Below, in pieces: positions 1-9,730 of a DNA stretch of 64,000 nucleotides. Positions within the stretch are counted from its first letter, which is position 1; each line of letters starts with the position of its first letter. The position numbers and the translations under genes were made by a program. Under the pieces are notes generated by a model. The model was given only the letters and a program-made list of their open reading frames with translations. It had not been told where the DNA came from and made no database searches. Location: assembly GCA_963746775.1 (NCBI GenBank), contig CAVVCK010000002.1:11571-75570 (forward strand), in the 5' to 3' direction. The stretch is from an uncultured bacterium (lineage in GTDB: Bacteria; Patescibacteriota; JABMPQ01; CAVVCK01).

Positions 1-272
<272 letters not shown>

Positions 273-330
273 GATGGTATTTAGTATGTAGTATTTTGTA
301 TAAAAAATTGATATAACGAAGATTATAATA

Positions 331-365
331 AAAAACCAGTCATTATTAATTAAGCTGGTTTTTTT
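331..365. terminator. Bidirectional rho-independent terminator hairpin between ahcY (+) and the rhodanese gene (-)
   Basis: AAAAACCAG-(loop)-CTGGTTTTT: a stem flanked by an A-run and a T-run. Confidence 0.5.
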
Positions 366-390
366 AATACTAAATACTAGATACAATATA

Positions 391-1206
391 CTATTCCGTC
401 GGATATCCTTTTTCCTGCCAATTTTTGAATCCATCTAATAAATTAGTAACTGACAGATAACCTTCTTTAACAAAACTTTCAGTTACTAATTTGCTACGGA
501 AACCTGCTTTATCATATATAATGATTTCCTTCTCTTTAGGTAATTCATCTTTTTTGGATAGTATATTTTCAAATGGCATATAAATTGCTCCTTTGATATG
601 TTCTTTATTAAATTCTTCTTCATCTCTAACATCAATAATTAACATGTCTTCCTGATCATCTAATTTTAGCTTTAATTTATCGGCATCAATATTTTTATAG
701 GTAACATTTTCACCAGCTATAACAGGGTAACCTTTAGCTTCCCAACCTACTACGCCTTCTTTAAATCTTTTAATATCTTTAAAACCGAAACTCATAAGAG
801 ATCTAGCTCCTTGTTTACATGTATCGCAGCTATCAGATATATCTCCGGCAGTAGTAACTATAATTTCTTTGTCTTTAGGAAGTTCTTTATATCTTCTTGC
901 TAATTCTTCTTGAGGTATAGAAATAGAATTAGGTATATGTTTTTTTAAATAATTTTCTACTGTTTGTATATCAACTACAATCATATTTTCATTTTCATCC
1001 ATCTTTTTTTTAAGTTCTTCTGAAGTAATTAAGGGTGGATCTGTAGGATCACTTTCATTATCAATATTTTCATAACTAGTATTATCATTAGATTTATGCC
1101 ATTTTAAACCAAATGATTTATAACCAACAACTACAAAACCCATAATAACCATAGTTACTAAAAAAATTAATATTATATTTTCTTTTTTAAATTTTATTTT
1201 AGACAT
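391..1206 (-). CDS. Membrane-anchored tandem rhodanese-domain protein (sulfurtransferase-like)
   Basis: N-terminal TM helix, then two rhodanese-like modules (VVDIQTVENYLKKHIPNSISIP and IIDVRDEEEFNKEHIKGAIYMPF). Confidence 0.75.
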   Translation of the reverse strand: MSKIKFKKENIILIFLVTMVIMGFVVVGYKSFGLKWHKSNDNTSYENIDNESDPTDPPLITSEELKKKMDENENMIVVDIQTVENYLKKHIPNSISIPQEELARRYKELPKDKEIIVTTAGDISDSCDTCKQGARSLMSFGFKDIKRFKEGVVGWEAKGYPVIAGENVTYKNIDADKLKLKLDDQEDMLIIDVRDEEEFNKEHIKGAIYMPFENILSKKDELPKEKEIIIYDKAGFRSKLVTESFVKEGYLSVTNLLDGFKNWQEKGYPTE

Positions 1207-1207
1207 T

Positions 1208-2167
1208 TTATTTTAAAACTTTATTTATTATATCTTTATGTCCTCTTAAAAATTCTTTTCCGGAGACTGTATTTTTTCCTTCTAATTGAACTTTTTCTAA
1301 AATTAAACTATTTTTACCACATTTTACAGCTAAATTTTTACTTTTTGTTTCAAATGGTATACCGGATTCTAATTTTTTATTAATTTCTGAAAATTTTACT
1401 TCAATTATCTTTAACTTTTTGGTTCCAAATTTTGTATACGTTCCAGGCCAAGGATAGAATGCTCTAATTTTTCTTTCTATTTCTATTGCTTCTTTATTCC
1501 AATTTATTTTTCCATCTTCTCTTTTTAATATTTTTGTATAGGTAGTCTTGTTGTGATCTTGCGGAGTATATTTAGATTTTTTATTAAGTATTTTAGGTAA
1601 TGTTTCTATTAGTAAATCAGCACCAAGTATGGATAACTTGTCATGAAGCGATGAAGCGGTGTCATTACTTTCAATTTTAATTGATTTCTGAGAAATAATA
1701 TCACCTTCATCCATTTTCTCATCCATCTCCATCACAGTAATACCAGTTTTCTTATCTCCCTTAAGTATAGCATATTGGATAGGGGAAGCACCACGATATT
1801 TGGGTAATAATGATCCGTGGATATTTATGCAACCAAATTTTGGTATTTTTAAAATATTTTTTGGAATAATTTGGCCGTAGGCGGCGGTAATTATTAGGTC
1901 AGGTTTTAAATCTTTTATTTCTTTGTAAATATTCTTTATTTTTTGAGGCTGAAGTAGAGGAATATTATGTTTTAGGGCTACTTTTTTAACCGGAGAGTGG
2001 GTTATTTCTTGTTTTCGACCTACTTTTTTATCAGGCTGGGTAATGATAGCTATAATGTTGTAGTTTTCTTTTATGAGTTTATTTAGACTGGAGATAGAAA
2101 AGTCAGGAGTGCCTATAAAAATTATTTTATATTTATTCATTCTAAATTTATTATACAAATTTATCAA
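1208..2167 (-). CDS. fmt: Methionyl-tRNA formyltransferase (true start probably the internal Met at about 2140)
   Basis: KIIFIGTPDFS, HGSLLPKYRGASPIQYAILKGDKKTGITVM; it follows def in the classic def-fmt arrangement. Confidence 0.9.
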   Translation of the reverse strand: MINLYNKFRMNKYKIIFIGTPDFSISSLNKLIKENYNIIAIITQPDKKVGRKQEITHSPVKKVALKHNIPLLQPQKIKNIYKEIKDLKPDLIITAAYGQIIPKNILKIPKFGCINIHGSLLPKYRGASPIQYAILKGDKKTGITVMEMDEKMDEGDIISQKSIKIESNDTASSLHDKLSILGADLLIETLPKILNKKSKYTPQDHNKTTYTKILKREDGKINWNKEAIEIERKIRAFYPWPGTYTKFGTKKLKIIEVKFSEINKKLESGIPFETKSKNLAVKCGKNSLILEKVQLEGKNTVSGKEFLRGHKDIINKVLK

Positions 2168-2589
2168 TAATCAAAATACCATCTAAATGATCAACTTCAT
2201 GTTGTATAACTCTGGCCAATAATCCTTCAGCTTTAAATTTTATTTTATTTCCCTCTGTACTTTGCGCTTTTACTCTTATTTTATGAGGTCTTTCCACTAG
2301 TCCAAATTTACCAGGAAGACTAAGACATCCTTCTTCATCTTCATTTGTTTTTTTAGAAAAAAAAGTGATTTTAGGATTAAATAATATTAAAGGTTCATCT
2401 TTCTGATCAATGGTAATTAATCTTATAGATTTTCCTATTTGAGGAGCAGCTAGACCTATGCCTTTGTTCTTTTTTCATTATTTCTACCATTTCTTGGGCT
2501 AGCTCTTGTATTTTAGTATCCAAAATATTCTCAATTGCTTGAGCTTTTTTTCTTAATATTTTATTGGGGTAGGTTACTATTTTTAGCAT
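2151..2589 (-). pseudogene. def: Peptide deformylase, interrupted by a 1-nt frameshift in an A6 run (T6 on the + strand at 2470-2475); either a sequencing error or a genuine disruption
   Basis: Frame A gives MLKIVTYPNKILRKKAQAIENILDTKIQELAQEMVEIMKK, then goes out of frame. The adjacent frame gives GIGLAAPQIG...EGCLSLPG...QHEVDHLDGILIIDKFV*, all three deformylase motifs. Removing one A restores MKKNKGIGLAAPQIG. Confidence 0.85.
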
Positions 2590-2601
2590 ATGAATTTGTT
2601 C

Positions 2602-2699
2602 CCTCCTGTAATCAGGAGGAGTGGGGGAGGTTTCGTGGATACACGTAATTGCTATATTCACAAAACCCCTCTTGTATTCTCCCCTGATTACTGGGGAGA
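2602..2699 (-). promoter_or_regulatory. Structured def leader / priA trailer: two related hairpins in opposite orientation, the proximal one pairing the def Shine-Dalgarno
   Basis: On the minus strand: CCUCCU-GAUUAC-AGGAGG (2602-2619), with AGGAGG 12 nt from the def ATG; and UCUCCCC-AGUAAUC-AGGGGAGA (2678-2699) just after the priA stop. Confidence 0.4.
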
Positions 2700-2705
2700 A
2701 ATTTT

Positions 2706-4694
2706 TTAAAGCAAACTTTCTGGGTCTATATCTACATTGCAATCTGAGGGTAAAATATTTAGCAATTTATTTCTTTTATCTAAACTAATTTTATCATTCA
2801 GCTTTAATATAATCTGCCAAATAAATTCTCCTCTTTTTTTGGGAATAAATGCCGTTGATGGTCCTAATATAGTAATATTTAATTTATTATCCTGAATATA
2901 TTTACGTATAATTTTAAATATACTTTCAGCTTTTATTTTTGTCTTATTAAAATCTTTATTTTTAAATATTATTTTAATTAATTTAGAAAAAGGGGGATAG
3001 GCAAGGCTTTCTCTCTCTCTAATCTCTTCTTTATAAAAAAGCTTATAATCGTGCTTAGAAGCTGCTTTTAATATTTTATTATCAGGATTATAGGTTTGTA
3101 GTATTACTTTTCCTTGATCAGAGCCTCGTCCTGTTCTGCCTGCTACTTGAGTCACAAGCTGAAAAGTATGCTCAAAGCTTCTAAAATCAGGTAAATTTAG
3201 GCAAGTATCTGCTGAAATAATACCAATTAAATCTATATTTGGCAAGTCAAAGCCTTTAGTAATCATTTGCGTACCTATTAGAACATCATACTTTTTATTT
3301 AGAAAATCATTAAAAGTGTTAAAGTGAGCAAACTTAGTGTTCATAGTGTCTTTATCCATGCGAGCCACCTTTACTCCTGGAAATTGAGCCTTAAATTCAC
3401 TCTCGATACGTTCAGTACCAGCACCAAAATATTTAATATATTGGCTATCACATTTAGGGCATTTTGTACTGATTTTTTCACAATAATTACAGTAATGGCA
3501 GTTTAAGTGATCAGTTTTGTCAAATCCGGAGTGATAGACTAGGGGGACATCACAATGAGGGCATTTTAGGACATAGCCGCAATCACGACACATCACAAAA
3601 GTGGAAGTGCCACGGCGATTAATAAATAAAAGAGATTGTTTTTTATTTTTAAATGTATTTTCTAATTCTTTTACTAAGTTATCACTAAAAATAGAATAGT
3701 TTTTCTTTTTTAATTCTTCTCTCATATCAACTATTTGAACTTTGGGCATATTGTATCCTCCTTGAAATCTTTCCGGCATTTCTAATAATTTAACTTGTTT
3801 AGATTTTGCTAGGTAATATGTTTCTACACTAGGAGTAGCGCTGCCTAATATTACTTGGCAATTGGTTAATTCAGATAGTTTAAAAGCAACCTCTCTAACA
3901 TGATATTGAGGATTTTGATCATATTGTTTATATGATGAATCGTGTTCTTCGTCGATTATAATTAGGCCTAGATTACGAATAGGAGTTAGAATAGCTGATC
4001 TTGGACCAATAATTATTTTTATTTTTTGGTCTCGAATATCTTGCCAAGCTTTATATTTCTCACCAGCAGATAAATTACTATGAAGCAGGGCTATTATTTT
4101 ATGATCAAAACGGGAAGCAACTTTTTGTACCGTTTGGGGAGTAAGAGATATTTCAGGAACTAATAATATAGCTTGTTTTCCCTGATCTAAGGTATCTTTA
4201 ATTAGTTTTAAGTAAATTTCTGTTTTGCCAGAACCAGTAACTCCGTGGATTAAAAATGATTTTTGTTTTGAATTATTAATTGATTTGTAGATTTCATTTT
4301 GTGTTTTGGTAAGTTTAGGAAAAGAGATTTTTTCTTTGGATAATTTGATAGATTCATGTTTTCTGGTGCCAACTCTCTTTGGCAGCATAATTTTTAGAAC
4401 AATACCCAGGGAAGTATAATAATATTTTGAAATAAATTCTGCTAATTTTAGTTGTTCTCTTGATAGAGCAGGATTAATATCAATTATTTCTAAAATATTT
4501 TTTAATTTAAACTTTGGTTTTATTTTTGGAAAATTAAAAATGATACCACTTATTTTTTTATTTCCTAGGGGAATTTTAACTTCTATGCCTTCTTTTATAT
4601 CTTTTTCTAAATCTTTGGGGATGGAATAAGAAAAGTATTGTGGTTTATTGAGAGGGATTTGAGTAGTGGGGATTATATTGGCTATTAAAGACAT
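2706..4694 (-). CDS. priA: Primosomal protein N' (replication restart helicase PriA)
   Basis: Walker A GVTGSGKTEIY, DEEHD box, and a Cys-rich zinc-binding region CRDCGYVLKCPHCDVPLVYH...CHYCNYC...CPKCDS. Confidence 0.9.
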   Translation of the reverse strand: MSLIANIIPTTQIPLNKPQYFSYSIPKDLEKDIKEGIEVKIPLGNKKISGIIFNFPKIKPKFKLKNILEIIDINPALSREQLKLAEFISKYYYTSLGIVLKIMLPKRVGTRKHESIKLSKEKISFPKLTKTQNEIYKSINNSKQKSFLIHGVTGSGKTEIYLKLIKDTLDQGKQAILLVPEISLTPQTVQKVASRFDHKIIALLHSNLSAGEKYKAWQDIRDQKIKIIIGPRSAILTPIRNLGLIIIDEEHDSSYKQYDQNPQYHVREVAFKLSELTNCQVILGSATPSVETYYLAKSKQVKLLEMPERFQGGYNMPKVQIVDMREELKKKNYSIFSDNLVKELENTFKNKKQSLLFINRRGTSTFVMCRDCGYVLKCPHCDVPLVYHSGFDKTDHLNCHYCNYCEKISTKCPKCDSQYIKYFGAGTERIESEFKAQFPGVKVARMDKDTMNTKFAHFNTFNDFLNKKYDVLIGTQMITKGFDLPNIDLIGIISADTCLNLPDFRSFEHTFQLVTQVAGRTGRGSDQGKVILQTYNPDNKILKAASKHDYKLFYKEEIRERESLAYPPFSKLIKIIFKNKDFNKTKIKAESIFKIIRKYIQDNKLNITILGPSTAFIPKKRGEFIWQIILKLNDKISLDKRNKLLNILPSDCNVDIDPESLL

Positions 4695-4697
4695 ATA

Positions 4698-5212
4698 TTA
4701 TTTATATTTCTTAGCTTCAAACTTATATATTTGAACATTTTCTATCTCTGGATTAATACCAGCTTTTATATAAACAGCCTCGAGCTGTTTTTTAGTTGTA
4801 TTTAGGCCTTCTAAAGCGGGTAATAAAAGAACAGATTTACCTTTATTGGATTTTACCAAGACCCCATATTTTAGAGGATTAAGTTCAGATATGTCTTGAA
4901 TTAATTTGGGTTCTTCTAAAATATATACTTCATAATATAAACTGTCTAAACCAAATTTTTCCACAGAATTGAATCTATAATCTTCAGTAGCAGCGGCTAT
5001 AGCATTGTGAATAATTTCTTGAGCTATATTTTTCTATTTGGTAGGTAAGTTCCAATACAATCTTTTAGATTACCATTTTCTAAAATAGTAACAAAGGCGC
5101 CTGTTTTTTTAGACAAAAATTCTGAAGGCAAATCTTTGGGTGGCTCTATTATTTTATTTTCTTTTATATAGGTTTCTACGGCTGATTTAGCAAGGGTGGT
5201 GTAAGGATTCAT
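4698..5212 (-). pseudogene. AMMECR1-domain protein split by a 1-nt frameshift in a homopolymer (T5 at 5029-5033 on +)
   Basis: The upstream ORF ends ...TGAFVTILENGNLKDCIGTYLPNRKI*. After the shift it continues NIAQEIIHNAIAAATEDYRFNSVEKFGLDSLYYEVYILEEPKL..., which covers the GAFVTL...LRGCIG and DPRF-like regions of AMMECR1. Confidence 0.6.
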
Positions 5213-5216
5213 ATTT

Positions 5217-5320
5217 TAGAAAGTTATTTTCCCCGACTTTTGCTACGAGGCTGGTATAGTAGTCGAATATTTATATTCTGGCTAAAGCCGAGGAACATTT
5301 ACGTCCGAAACCCTCCAGTA
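5217..5320. repeat. GC-rich structured element, a divergent relative of the REP-like elements at 19.2-20.0 kb
   Basis: A local GC island in AT-rich DNA with internal stems (GAATAT/ATATTC, GGCTGG.../CCCTCCAG). It shares the GCTACG...GGCTGG and CCCTCCAG blocks with element A. Confidence 0.3.
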
Positions 5321-5498
5321 AACTAGGATAGAAGAATTATTTATAATTAAATCTAGATTTTCACCACACTTACTATATTTCCATTATCATCAAACCTTTT
5401 AATTTTAAATTCAATTCTTTTAATCATATATTTTATTGTATTTTATCATTTTTTAAGGTTAAATAAAAGGTATAGTAATTGAAATAAAATAAGTAATT

Positions 5499-6356
5499 AT
5501 GAATGATAAATTAAAAAACAATAAAACAGATATTTTAAGTGTAGGAATAGATACTTTAAGAAAATATCAAGTTATTGGTAAAATTGATCAATTTTTAAAA
5601 TCTACAGGAAAGCATTATATAGTAACGCCTAATCCTGAATTTTTAATGGAAAGCAGGAAAGACAAAAAATTTAAAAATATTTTAAATAAAGCTGACATAG
5701 CTATACCTGATGGGATAGGATTGTTATGGGCCTCGTGTTTTCTCGGATCAAAAAGCAAGTTAATATATGCAAGTGCACTATATTACGGCTTACTTTTAAT
5801 ATTATTTCCAAAAACTTGCCAAAAATTAATTTCTGAAAGAATAACTGGTACAGACTTAATTATGGATATAGCTCAATTATGTGAACAAAATAAGTATTCA
5901 ATATTTTTATTAGGTGCAACGGAGGGTATAAGTGAGGCTTGTGCTCTAAAGTTAAAGAAAAAATACTCTAATTTAAAAATAGCCGGAACATATAGTGGTA
6001 ATCCTAAACAGAAATATGATAAAAAAATAATTAATATTATAAATAAAGTAGAACCTAGTGTATTATTTGTAGCTTACGGTCATCCTAAGCAGGAAAAATG
6101 GATAAGCCGTAATTTAAATAGCCTAGATTCAGTTAAATTGGCTATGGGTGTTGGCGGTGCTTTTGATTTTATATCAGGCAAAATAAAGCGAGCTCCATTA
6201 TTATTTAGAAAAACAGGATTAGAATGGTTTTGGCGAGTTGTTAGGGAACCATGGCGATTTAACAGAATCTTAACTGCTACTTGGCGATTTATGAATGAGG
6301 TGATAAAATATAAACTTAAAGAAATGCGGAAAGACGCGGATAAAAATGCGGATTAA
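5499..6356 (+). CDS. WecB/TagA/CpsF-family glycosyltransferase
   Basis: Conserved C-terminal core GVGGAFDFISGKIKRAPLLFRKTGLEWFWRVVREPWR plus a family-typical N-terminal domain. Confidence 0.85.
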   Translation: MNDKLKNNKTDILSVGIDTLRKYQVIGKIDQFLKSTGKHYIVTPNPEFLMESRKDKKFKNILNKADIAIPDGIGLLWASCFLGSKSKLIYASALYYGLLLILFPKTCQKLISERITGTDLIMDIAQLCEQNKYSIFLLGATEGISEACALKLKKKYSNLKIAGTYSGNPKQKYDKKIINIINKVEPSVLFVAYGHPKQEKWISRNLNSLDSVKLAMGVGGAFDFISGKIKRAPLLFRKTGLEWFWRVVREPWRFNRILTATWRFMNEVIKYKLKEMRKDADKNAD

Positions 6357-6378
6357 CGCGGATTTAAATAAAAAAATT

Positions 6379-7860
6379 ATGGAAAAAATTCGTACTCGAT
6401 TTGCACCATCTCCGACTGGTGAACCACATATAGGCAATATCAGATCAGCTCTTTTTGCTTGGCTTTTTGCTCGCCATAATGGAGGCAAATTTATATTGCG
6501 TATAGAGGATACTGACAGAGGAAGATTTGTTGAAGGTAGTGTGAATAAAATAAAAGAATGCTTAGAGTTTTTAGGTATGGATTATGATGAAGGAATAGAT
6601 AAAGGTGGTGAATATGGCCCATACTTACAATCAGAAAGGCTAGAAATATATAAGAAATATGTTCAGAAATTAGTTGATGAAGGAAAAGCATATTATTGTT
6701 TTTGTAGTTCCGAAAGATTAAATGAGATGAGAGAAGAACAAAAATCCAAGAATTTAGCTCCAAAATATGATAGAAAATGTTTAAATTTATCAAAGGAAGA
6801 AATTAAAGAGAAATTAGATAATAAAGAACCATATGTTATTAGATTTAAGATTCCTGATGGATATACAGAATTTAAGGATATAATTAGAGGTAGGATTTTT
6901 ATAAAAAATGAAGTATTAGATGATCAAATTATTTTAAAGTCTGATGGATTTCCCACGTATCATTTAGCAGTGGTAGTGGATGATCATTTAATGAAAATAT
7001 CTCATGTTATTCGAGCTGAAGAATGGTTGCCATCTACTCCTAAACATTTATTATTATATAAAGCCTTTGGCTGGAAAGCGCCTCAATTTGCTCATTTACC
7101 AATGATTTTAGGTGATGATAAGAAAAAGTTGAGCAAAAGACATGGTTCAGTTGCTTTCTTGGATTATAAAAAACAAGGTTATTTACCTGAAGCTTTGATT
7201 AATTTTATGGTATTCTTAGGCTGGAATCCTGGAGGTGAAAGGGAAATTTATAGCCTGAGTGAATTAATAAAAGAATTTGATTTAAGTAAGATAAATAAGG
7301 CAGGAGCGATATTTAATATTGAAAAACTTAATAATATTAATGGGCATTATATTAGAGAAATGGAAATAAGCGAATTGGCTAAAAAATGTTTTCCTTATTT
7401 AGAAAATGAATACATAGAAAAAATTGGTAATAGTTTTAAAATAAAAGAAACAGGAGAAGTAATAAATTTAGAATATTTAGAAAAAATTGTATCTCTGGAG
7501 CAAGAAAGGATGAAAAAGTTATCAGAGATAGGGGATTTAACTCATTTTTTCTTTAAAAAAGAGCTTAATTATGATCCTAATTTATTAGTTTGGAAAAAAT
7601 CTTCTCAAGAAGAAACTTTAAAAAATTTAAAATTATTGAAGGAATTTTTAGAAAATTTTGATGATAATGACTGGAATAAAGATAAAATAGAAGAAAAAAC
7701 TATTGTCTGGCTTAAAAAAAATAATTATGGGATAGGGGATTTTCTATGGCCCATGAGAGTAGCTTTATCTGGTGAGAAAAATAGTCCTGGACCATTTGAA
7801 ATAGCCGATGTTTTAGGAAAAGAGAAAACATTATATAGGATTGAAAAAGCTATTATTTGA
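6379..7860 (+). CDS. gltX: Glutamyl-tRNA synthetase
   Basis: RFAPSPTGEPHIGNIRSALF (HIGH motif), KLSKRHG (KMSKS motif), and a typical GluRS anticodon-binding C-terminus. The annotated ORF start at 6346 is probably a spurious upstream extension. Confidence 0.9.
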   Translation: MEKIRTRFAPSPTGEPHIGNIRSALFAWLFARHNGGKFILRIEDTDRGRFVEGSVNKIKECLEFLGMDYDEGIDKGGEYGPYLQSERLEIYKKYVQKLVDEGKAYYCFCSSERLNEMREEQKSKNLAPKYDRKCLNLSKEEIKEKLDNKEPYVIRFKIPDGYTEFKDIIRGRIFIKNEVLDDQIILKSDGFPTYHLAVVVDDHLMKISHVIRAEEWLPSTPKHLLLYKAFGWKAPQFAHLPMILGDDKKKLSKRHGSVAFLDYKKQGYLPEALINFMVFLGWNPGGEREIYSLSELIKEFDLSKINKAGAIFNIEKLNNINGHYIREMEISELAKKCFPYLENEYIEKIGNSFKIKETGEVINLEYLEKIVSLEQERMKKLSEIGDLTHFFFKKELNYDPNLLVWKKSSQEETLKNLKLLKEFLENFDDNDWNKDKIEEKTIVWLKKNNYGIGDFLWPMRVALSGEKNSPGPFEIADVLGKEKTLYRIEKAII

Positions 7861-7908
7861 CGCAATATTCAAATTATGCTATAATGTAATTGAATAAAAT
7901 AAATATTT

Positions 7909-9150
7909 ATGAGTTTTATATTTAAAAATAGAAAAACAAAATATATATTTTTAGGTATTATATTACTGTTGGTTTTTGTACCAGCCTTTTTTATTTTAGC
8001 AGATAATTCTACTCAAGATTTGAATAAAAAAGTAGATAATAAAAAGCAAGAAATTGAAAATTTGGATGATAGAATTAAAAATTTAGAAGATGAAATTGAA
8101 AATAAAAAAGCTGAAAAAGTTAATTTAGAAAATCAACTTAACATACTAGATAATGAAATTTCTAAAACAGAAACTGAGGTTGAGCGAACTGGTAAAAATA
8201 TTGAAAAAGTTAATTTAGAAATAGAAGAAATTAAGCAGGAAATTAAAGAGAAGAAGGCTGAAATTACTAAACAAAAAATTCTTTTATCAGGTTTGATTAG
8301 AGAAATAAATCAAAGTGATAGGGTAAGTTTTTTTGAAATACTTTTCTCATATAATTCATTTTCTGAGTTTTTGGATCAAGCTCAATATTTAGAATCATTA
8401 GAAAAAGAAGGAAAATTGATTTTAGATGAAATTAATAGAATAAAAGATGAACTAGAAAAACAACAGCAAGCGTTAGAAGAGAAAAAAGAAACTCTAACAA
8501 ATTTAAAAACAGAATTAGATAACGAAAAAAAGGTTTTAAATGAAGAAAAAGATGGTAAAGAAAATCTATTATCTGAGACCAATATGCAGGAGGATAAATT
8601 CCAGGATTTATTAGAACAAGCACGATTAGAACAAGAAACAGCAAATTCAGAGATAGCTCGCCTTCAAAGTGAAATTGAAAAAAAGATTAAAGAATCTCAA
8701 AATACTACAGATAATTGGGAAAGTTTAGGAGGTGCTGGTGAACTTGATTGGCCAGTGTATCCTGCTAGAGGTATTTCTGCTTATTTTATGGATCCTGCAT
8801 ATTATAATGCTTTTGGTATAAATCATTATGCTATAGATATACCAACTTCTCAAGGATCAGCAATCCATGCTCCAGCAGATGGCTATATGATAAAGTATAG
8901 AGACGCAGGGATGGGATATAGTTATATAGTTTTATATCATGGCGAGGGGATGACTACGGTTTATGGTCATGTAACAGGTTGTGCGCTTGCCGATGGTCAG
9001 CAGTTTAATCGTGGTGATGTAATAGGTTATTCTGGTGGCGCTCCTGGAACAAAAGGTGCTGGTTGGCTTACAACGGGTTCTCACTTGCACTTTGAAGTAA
9101 GAATAAATGGTAATCCAGTAGATCCACAAAAATATTTAGTATCAATATAA
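7909..9150 (+). CDS. M23-family peptidoglycan metalloendopeptidase with an N-terminal TM helix and long coiled coil (EnvC-like)
   Basis: Heptad-rich E/K/L region, then HYAIDIP...YGHVTG...GSHLHFEVRINGNPVDP (the M23 HxxxD / HxH motifs). Confidence 0.85.
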   Translation: MSFIFKNRKTKYIFLGIILLLVFVPAFFILADNSTQDLNKKVDNKKQEIENLDDRIKNLEDEIENKKAEKVNLENQLNILDNEISKTETEVERTGKNIEKVNLEIEEIKQEIKEKKAEITKQKILLSGLIREINQSDRVSFFEILFSYNSFSEFLDQAQYLESLEKEGKLILDEINRIKDELEKQQQALEEKKETLTNLKTELDNEKKVLNEEKDGKENLLSETNMQEDKFQDLLEQARLEQETANSEIARLQSEIEKKIKESQNTTDNWESLGGAGELDWPVYPARGISAYFMDPAYYNAFGINHYAIDIPTSQGSAIHAPADGYMIKYRDAGMGYSYIVLYHGEGMTTVYGHVTGCALADGQQFNRGDVIGYSGGAPGTKGAGWLTTGSHLHFEVRINGNPVDPQKYLVSI

Positions 9151-9182
9151 TAGTATAGAGAATCAATAAATATATTTTTAAT

Positions 9183-9205
9183 AAAACCCCCATAATGGGG
9201 GTTTT
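9183..9205. terminator. Rho-independent terminator after the M23 peptidase gene
   Basis: AAAACCCCCATAATGGGGGTTTT: a perfect 8-bp G/C stem flanked by A- and T-runs. Confidence 0.75.
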
Positions 9206-9730
9206 ATATTACGCAACATATTAATTAGTATGTCAAATTTTCAATATAATATATAAATTAACAAATTAGGTTTCAATTCATGCTTTATTTATATCTACAA
9301 ATAATTTAATTATTAAAATAAAAAATAATTTTGTTTATAAAAATTATTTTAAATTAAAGGAAATTTACTACGTAAATAAAAAATGGTTAACAATAAAAAT
9401 AATTTTTTAAAGTTAATGTAAATATTAAAGAATAAGGTAATAAAGGATAGGTAATTAGCATAATGTTGTTTATATGAACTCATAGGAGGCGATTTGAGGG
9501 GCCTAAAATATGTAAATAGTACAAATCTATATGGTTTATAATGAGAGCTTGATATAAATATATTTTTTAAAATTAATTAAAAAATTAGGTGCTATAGATA
9601 GTAAAAGATGGGTTATTATATAAAATAATAAAAAATAAGTAGTAGAGAATTATAAAATTAGATAAATTTTTAAAAGTAGTAAACTTAACTATTTTTAAAG
9701 CCTACTAAGCACTCCTCTGGCTATGGTTTT

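Noticed and set aside
2407-2742. ORF-track 111-aa protein MQCRYRPRKF...
   Set aside because: This is a chimeric reading: spurious upstream extension, then the true def N-terminus (MLKIVTYPNK...), then an out-of-frame tail after the A6 frameshift. It is replaced by the def call at 2151-2589.
3324-3506. 60-aa + strand ORF inside priA
   Set aside because: Antisense to a well-supported helicase gene, with no motifs.
6270-6793. Two minus-strand ORFs (72 and 100 aa) overlapping the tagA-like 3' end and gltX
   Set aside because: Antisense to confident CDSs, with low-complexity hydrophobic translations typical of AT-rich antisense frames.
8382-9129. Three minus-strand ORFs inside the M23 peptidase gene
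   Set aside because: Antisense to a confident CDS; the coiled-coil K/E codons give open antisense frames.
9460-9520. AGGAGG followed by ATG in the gene-poor region
   Set aside because: The ATG is followed immediately by a TAA stop, so there is no ORF.
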